A stretch of DNA of 64,000 nucleotides from Pontiella sp. (GTDB lineage: Bacteria; Verrucomicrobiota; Kiritimatiellia; Kiritimatiellales; Pontiellaceae), in NCBI GenBank assembly GCA_050290185.1, contig JBNKHE010000006.1, forward strand, positions 160,001 through 224,000, written 5' to 3'. Shown here in pieces: positions 58,961-64,000 of this stretch. Position 1 is the stretch's first letter; each line of letters opens with the position of its first letter. The notes under the pieces were generated by a model that worked only from the letters and a program-made list of their open reading frames with translations, was not told where the DNA came from and did no database searches. The position numbers were made by a program, and so were the translations under genes.

Positions 58961-59998
58961 CTATGCAGTTCCGTTCTTCGGGCCGGCGAGCGCCTTGGTG
59001 GAAAGCAGGCCGCAGGCGGCGTAGATATCCTGTCCGCGCGAGGCGCGGATGGTGGTGAGCAGGCCTTTGTTGTTCAGCTCGTCCTTGAACCATTGCAAGG
59101 TTTTCTCGTCGGTTGCCTTCAGCGGGGTGCCGGGCACGGGATGGAAGCGGATGAGGTTAATGCGGCAGCGGATGCCGTTCAACAGGCGGCAAAGTTCCTT
59201 GACGTGCCGGGCCGTATCGTTGAGTCCGTGGAATACGATATATTCGAACGAGACGCGGCGCTGGCCGCCGAAATCCCATTTCCGGATCACGTCGATGACC
59301 TCTTCCAGCGGATAGGCGATCTGCACGGGCATCAGCTGCTGACGCTCCTCATGGAAGGGCGTGTGCATGCTGATGGCCAGGTGCGCTTCGCTTTCGTTGA
59401 GGAAGCGAACCAGCCCCGGCGTGATCCCGATGGAAGAAACGGTGATCCGGCGCGGACTCATGGCGAAGCCCCAGTCGGACGTGAGGATCTCAATGCTTTT
59501 GAGCACTTCGTCAAGATTGTCGAACGGCTCGCCCATGCCCATGTAGACAATGTTGGTGACTTCGTGACGCTCGGGAATGCTGCGGATCTGGTTGACGATG
59601 TCGCCGGCGGAAAGCTGCCCCTGAAAGCCCTGCTTTCCGGTCATGCAAAAGAGGCATCCCATCTTGCATCCGACCTGCGAGGAGACGCAGACGGTCCGGC
59701 GCTCCTTGAAGGGTATCATGGCGGTTTCGATAAAGTTTTCCGTCGCGGTCTCGAAGAGATATTTTTTGGTGCCGTCGACACTCTCCTGCACCTTGGCCGG
59801 CGCATGCAACCCGAAACAGTAGTGTTCCTCCAGCAGATCACGTGCTTTTTTCGACAGGTTGCTCATGTCGGCAATGGCGTCGATATCCTTGTGATACAGC
59901 CAATCAGCGAGTTGCTTGCCGGTAAACTTTGGAAGGCCGAGGCCGACGGCCAGCTCGGTGAGTTCGCTAAGTGTTTTTCCAAATAATGCGGGTTTCAT
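58961..59998 (-). CDS. rlmN: 23S rRNA m2A2503 methyltransferase RlmN
   Basis: CVSSQVGCKMGCLFC radical-SAM motif, MGMGEP and RGQDIYAACGLL. Start placed at MKPALF. Confidence 0.95.
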   Translation of the reverse strand: MKPALFGKTLSELTELAVGLGLPKFTGKQLADWLYHKDIDAIADMSNLSKKARDLLEEHYCFGLHAPAKVQESVDGTKKYLFETATENFIETAMIPFKERRTVCVSSQVGCKMGCLFCMTGKQGFQGQLSAGDIVNQIRSIPERHEVTNIVYMGMGEPFDNLDEVLKSIEILTSDWGFAMSPRRITVSSIGITPGLVRFLNESEAHLAISMHTPFHEERQQLMPVQIAYPLEEVIDVIRKWDFGGQRRVSFEYIVFHGLNDTARHVKELCRLLNGIRCRINLIRFHPVPGTPLKATDEKTLQWFKDELNNKGLLTTIRASRGQDIYAACGLLSTKALAGPKNGTA

Positions 59999-60035
59999 GA
60001 CGTTGACCTTGCGATGGTGCAGCGGCGGAATCGAG

Positions 60036-60671
60036 TTAAAAATAGATTTCGACAACAATGTTCGTGAAGGGAATCCCCTTGGAAATCAACAGGTCGCGCA
60101 CCTCGACGCACATGGTCGCCTGCCCGCAGATATAGTATTTCCGGTCCTTCGGCAGTTCGTGCAGTTCGAGGTACTGGTTGATGCGCCCGCGGGGAATGCC
60201 GTCGACGTCCTCTCCGGAGCAAAAGCGGTGATACTCTTCGCCCAGTGCGGCTTTCCACTCCTCGCTAAAATAGAATTGATTCGCATGTCGGACGCCGTGG
60301 AGCAGAATCTGGTTTTCGCCCATTCCGGAGCGAAGCATGCTGTAGAACGGCGCGATGCCGGTGCCGGTGGCAATCCAGACGGCGGGATCGGATGTCCCGA
60401 TAAAACTGCCTCCCGGCTCGGAAACCCACACCTCGTCACCCGGCTTGAGTTGGGCGAGCCGTGGCGTCAGCGCCCCGTTCTCCTTGATATTGAAGAGGAT
60501 CCGAAGCTCGTTTTCCTTGTTTCCGCTGCAAATACTGTAAATGCGCGGCGGCAAATCGTCGCCCAACCCGACCTTGACGGTCTGGCCGGGATTGAAGTCG
60601 TGCCGTCGTTCGACCGCCAGCCAAAAAACACCGGGTGCGATTTCATCGTTTCGTAGAATGATCTGCTTCAT
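60036..60671 (-). CDS. FAD/NAD(P)-binding ferredoxin reductase-like oxidoreductase
   Basis: RIYSI, GALT, ATGTGIAPF, YICG and terminal EIYF. Confidence 0.9.
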   Translation of the reverse strand: MKQIILRNDEIAPGVFWLAVERRHDFNPGQTVKVGLGDDLPPRIYSICSGNKENELRILFNIKENGALTPRLAQLKPGDEVWVSEPGGSFIGTSDPAVWIATGTGIAPFYSMLRSGMGENQILLHGVRHANQFYFSEEWKAALGEEYHRFCSGEDVDGIPRGRINQYLELHELPKDRKYYICGQATMCVEVRDLLISKGIPFTNIVVEIYF

Positions 60672-60802
60672 GAATTTATCGATATTCGTTCAGGGATTCG
60701 AAGGGGCAGACCATCGGGGTTTCGTCCCGTCCCCGTCAACCCCATTAGACCTGAAAAGGCCAACGGAAGATTTTACCTGACCGGTGGTATGGCGGTTTCA
60801 TT

Positions 60803-61807
60803 CTATCTGCTCGCGGCAACGTCCACCAGCACCCGCCGCGTCAACTGCGCCTTGAGCATTCCCGCAATCTTCTCTTCCAGACCATTGAGCCCAACCTCAT
60901 CGACCATTTCCTCCAGCCGGTCCGGCTTCCAGGCATTGGCCATTCGCTGCCAGGCCGCGGTCCGCCTGGTCATCGCGCATTCCGCCGAATCGATCCCGAT
61001 CAGGCGTACGCCACGCAGAATGAAGGGAAATACATTGACCGGCAGGTCCGATGAACCCACCAATCCGCAGCAGGTCACGACCCCGCCGTAATTCGTTGCC
61101 TTGATAGCTGCGGCGAGGGTTTCGCCGCCTACACAGTCGACCACGCCGGTCCAGCGCGGTTTCATCATTGGCCGTTCGCTTCCTTCGAGTACGCTGGCCC
61201 GCTCGATTACCTCAGTGGCGCCGAGCCCTTTCAGGTAATCGGTTTCCGAAAGCTTGCCCGTCGCAGCCGTCACCTGAAAGCCGGCCTTTGCCAGCATGGC
61301 CACCGCCAGACTTCCGACGCCGCCGGTCGCACCGGTGACCAGCACCGGCCCCTGCTCCGGGGTCAGACCGCTTTCAACCAGTTCCTGAACCGACAGCGCC
61401 GCGGTCAGGCCGGCGGTGCCCAGCATCATACTCTCCTTGATGCTCAAGCCTTCCGGCAAGGGGACGGCCCAAGCAGACGGAACCCGGATCATCTGCCCAA
61501 ACCCCCCATCGGTCTCCATTCCCAGATCATAGCTGGTAACAATCACCTTGTCTCCGGGCTGAAAGCGGTCGTCTTCGCACGAGACCACCACACCTGCGGC
61601 ATCGATCCCCGGCGTATGGGGAAAATTGCGGGTCACCCCCGGATTTCCGGTGGCGGACAGGGCATCCTTGAAGTTCAGCGATGAATAATGAACCTCAACC
61701 AGCAACTCGCCCGCGGGCAGTTCTTCCACGGTACGCGTAACGATTTCCCGGGTATACGTCTTCTTATCAACCTGCTTGACCTGCAGGGCCTTGAAATTCT
61801 GATTCAT
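60803..61807 (-). CDS. YhdH/YhfP (AcuI-like) medium-chain oxidoreductase
   Basis: YSSLNFKDAL, PGIDAAG, GTAGLTAAL, VTGATGGVGS and PFILRGV.L.GIDS. Confidence 0.93.
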   Translation of the reverse strand: MNQNFKALQVKQVDKKTYTREIVTRTVEELPAGELLVEVHYSSLNFKDALSATGNPGVTRNFPHTPGIDAAGVVVSCEDDRFQPGDKVIVTSYDLGMETDGGFGQMIRVPSAWAVPLPEGLSIKESMMLGTAGLTAALSVQELVESGLTPEQGPVLVTGATGGVGSLAVAMLAKAGFQVTAATGKLSETDYLKGLGATEVIERASVLEGSERPMMKPRWTGVVDCVGGETLAAAIKATNYGGVVTCCGLVGSSDLPVNVFPFILRGVRLIGIDSAECAMTRRTAAWQRMANAWKPDRLEEMVDEVGLNGLEEKIAGMLKAQLTRRVLVDVAASR

Positions 61808-61893
61808 ATCATCCCCTTTCCTTAGGATTTTCCATCGTAGCGTAAGCGGGGTATTATGTCTACGCAGCCGCGATGTTGACTCGTGTTGCAGCC

Positions 61894-63891
61894 TCAGTCA
61901 ACCCAGGGACGGGCCTGTTTAAAGACGAGGGTACCATCGGCCAAAAACTTGAATTCCACCTCCATCGCAAAATCAGGCCGGCCTTCGGCACCGTATGCCC
62001 GCTGGAAATGATCGTGCACCCGCTCCAACTCATCAGCCAGCTGAACCGCCTGGGTCTGCGACAGCACATGACTGCCTTTTGGTATCAGATTGGAATGGCG
62101 AATATACTGGATCTCGTATTCGCTCTGACCGCTAAGTTCGGAAATCAGGAATTCATCCGGAACAACCCCATCATCCGGATTGGTCACCAGCGATTCGCCC
62201 ACCTGTACGTTGACATAGTATCCCCGCCAGTCGGAATCATACAGGTTCCGGGTTACGGCCACCCCGTTGGCCGATTCGTCGCGATAGCTTGGATGGCACA
62301 GGACCCCCATGGCGGAGCGGAGGTGATCAATCCGGTAGAATTCGCGCTCCTCAAACGCCCGGAAACTCCAATTCCCGGCCCAGATCTGCTTGATCGTATG
62401 GCTCAGATGCCCTTCATCGGGCTTGTGCGTTTTTGAATCATAGAGCCCGGCCCCGCTGAAGCCCTCAAGATCTTCCACATTCGCACTCGAGCGGCATCGG
62501 ATCCGCGTATCCGGCGCAAACCGATGTTGCAGCGCCCCCAGTGCTTCCATCATGTCGGGCGGCAGGGTTCCGGCCCGGATCTGTCTGCGAAACTTTTTCA
62601 GGGCATCTTCCCGCACCACCTCATTGGTCTTGAAAGCCGGATCGGCCATCATGGTTTCAGCCACGGCATAGAATCCGTTGGACTGCATGAAACGGTCGTA
62701 CATCGAAAACGGCACCGCATAGCCCTCCGGCGCCATGCCACCGGGCATGATATGCCGAAGCTCGGCGACATTGGCCGACTTGGAACCATAGGCATCGTAG
62801 GCCGACCGCCCGATATCAGCCAGGGCCGCAATCGCCGATACGGAAAGATTGCGCACAGGGACCTGCGGTTTGGCGGGCCGGATCGATGCCTGGAACGTAT
62901 CAACCTCCACCTGAGATGCGGGCTTAATGGTATAGCCATCGGGCGTGAGTTCAAAACGCACATTCCGCCCGATCAGCGGCTGGATCTCCGGCCGGGTGGA
63001 GGCATTCCGGATATACGCATTGGGAATACCGTCCTGCCGGGCCTTCAGGTTGACGTGGGAGAGCGGCGTCTGCGGATCTTCCGTAATGAGACCGGCAACA
63101 CAGGCAAGATCATTTGGCACCGACCGGAAAATCACGATATCGCGCGGCGTCAAGCGGATCCCCGGTTCTGCCACCATCAATCGACCATAGGCACAACCTA
63201 AATGGAGAGGACATTCCTGCCGGCTCCCCAAAAGCTGATCCGTCGAGATGGTCCGCACGCAAGAGTTGCTGTAAGCCGCCCGTTCCTCCTCGAGCAGGAT
63301 TCGTTGCGTCTCCCCGCTGGGATGATACAACAGGCGATCCCCGGCAAACGGCATGGCTTCGGCAATGAGTCTGTAAGCGGTTTCCACGAACGGAAAACCC
63401 ACGGGATCGGAAGGCCAGAACTCGAGGGTGTAGACGCCGGCCGTCTCCCGGTCGTCTGTCGGAACCGAAACGCGGTCATGCGCAATGATGCTTCCCGCCA
63501 GATTTTTCCGGTTCCGGTCCCGAAAGTAGGTGACGGCTTCAAATGCATCGCTTCCGTCGCTGTATCCAAGAATCTCGCGGGCGAAGCAGTAATGATACAC
63601 ATGCTTTTTCGAATTCATGAAATAGAGCCTGGGCCGATCCGAACCAGCATCCATGATGACAAACTTGAGTTCAAACACCCCGTAGGCGCCCGGAACATCA
63701 TCGCGACTGGCCAGCATCTCAAAACTCAGCCGGTCCGGGACCTCCAGCGCCCCGTCCGACGGAAGCAATGGCTTTCCGTTAATCAGCGGGCGTGACGACG
63801 CCTGCGGGACCGGATCAGCGTCCGCAGCCCGCGCGGTGATTGAAGCCAGCACACAGCAAAGAATCAACCACGCTGTTTTCAGTTTTGGCAT
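61894..63891 (-). CDS. Exported dikinase-like protein (phospho-His swivel plus PPDK/PEP-synthase-type ATP-grasp domain)
   Basis: Signal peptide ending ARA; TPLSHVNLKARQDGIP; GSKSAN; RSSANVEDLEGFSGAGLYDS; EVEFK...KQARP. Confidence 0.82.
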   Translation of the reverse strand: MPKLKTAWLILCCVLASITARAADADPVPQASSRPLINGKPLLPSDGALEVPDRLSFEMLASRDDVPGAYGVFELKFVIMDAGSDRPRLYFMNSKKHVYHYCFAREILGYSDGSDAFEAVTYFRDRNRKNLAGSIIAHDRVSVPTDDRETAGVYTLEFWPSDPVGFPFVETAYRLIAEAMPFAGDRLLYHPSGETQRILLEEERAAYSNSCVRTISTDQLLGSRQECPLHLGCAYGRLMVAEPGIRLTPRDIVIFRSVPNDLACVAGLITEDPQTPLSHVNLKARQDGIPNAYIRNASTRPEIQPLIGRNVRFELTPDGYTIKPASQVEVDTFQASIRPAKPQVPVRNLSVSAIAALADIGRSAYDAYGSKSANVAELRHIMPGGMAPEGYAVPFSMYDRFMQSNGFYAVAETMMADPAFKTNEVVREDALKKFRRQIRAGTLPPDMMEALGALQHRFAPDTRIRCRSSANVEDLEGFSGAGLYDSKTHKPDEGHLSHTIKQIWAGNWSFRAFEEREFYRIDHLRSAMGVLCHPSYRDESANGVAVTRNLYDSDWRGYYVNVQVGESLVTNPDDGVVPDEFLISELSGQSEYEIQYIRHSNLIPKGSHVLSQTQAVQLADELERVHDHFQRAYGAEGRPDFAMEVEFKFLADGTLVFKQARPWVD

Positions 63892-64000
63892 TCAGTACCC
63901 TTGTCCTCTTTATCGACACCCCGGCCAATCATTCCTGCGCGTTGGAGTCAACAAACCAACCGCTGTAGTTGACGTCATGGCGATCCGCGATTGCCCTCAT

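Noticed and set aside
60690..60760. REP-like AGGGGCAGACC sequence
   Set aside because: Too degenerate, with no clear partner arm.

Overview
Gene-dense bacterial window. PEP-CTERM and 'Y..L..W...FYRV'-type C-terminal domains, an ECF sigma/Ser-Thr kinase pair and the carbohydrate enzymes suggest a PVC-superphylum (Kiritimatiellota/Verrucomicrobia-like) polysaccharide degrader; this is an inference. Order of content: 5'-truncated NERD gene; mreB-mreC-mreD-mrdA-rodA-RNase E/G-galM operon; GH2; GT4 plus multi-PAS kinase; three secreted proteins sharing one unrecognised ~190-aa domain, next to an ECF/STK pair; mqo; PrsW; EEP hydrolase; ECF16-like sigma/NrsF locus; GH105; HAD; a 17-kb signalling block (REC-PP2C, STAS, Rcp1-like regulator, REC-PAS kinase, three tandem beta-propeller kinases); a KPEKPA-repeat protein with a beta-barrel; rlmN; two oxidoreductases; and a signal-peptide-bearing dikinase resembling plant glucan,water dikinases. 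The best candidates for undescribed biology are the shared-domain secreted trio with its ECF/STK pair, the exported GWD/PWD-like dikinase, and the tandem propeller-kinase array with a visible duplication scar. No rRNA, tRNA, CRISPR array or transposase was recognised. All family assignments come from motif recognition by eye, not database searches.
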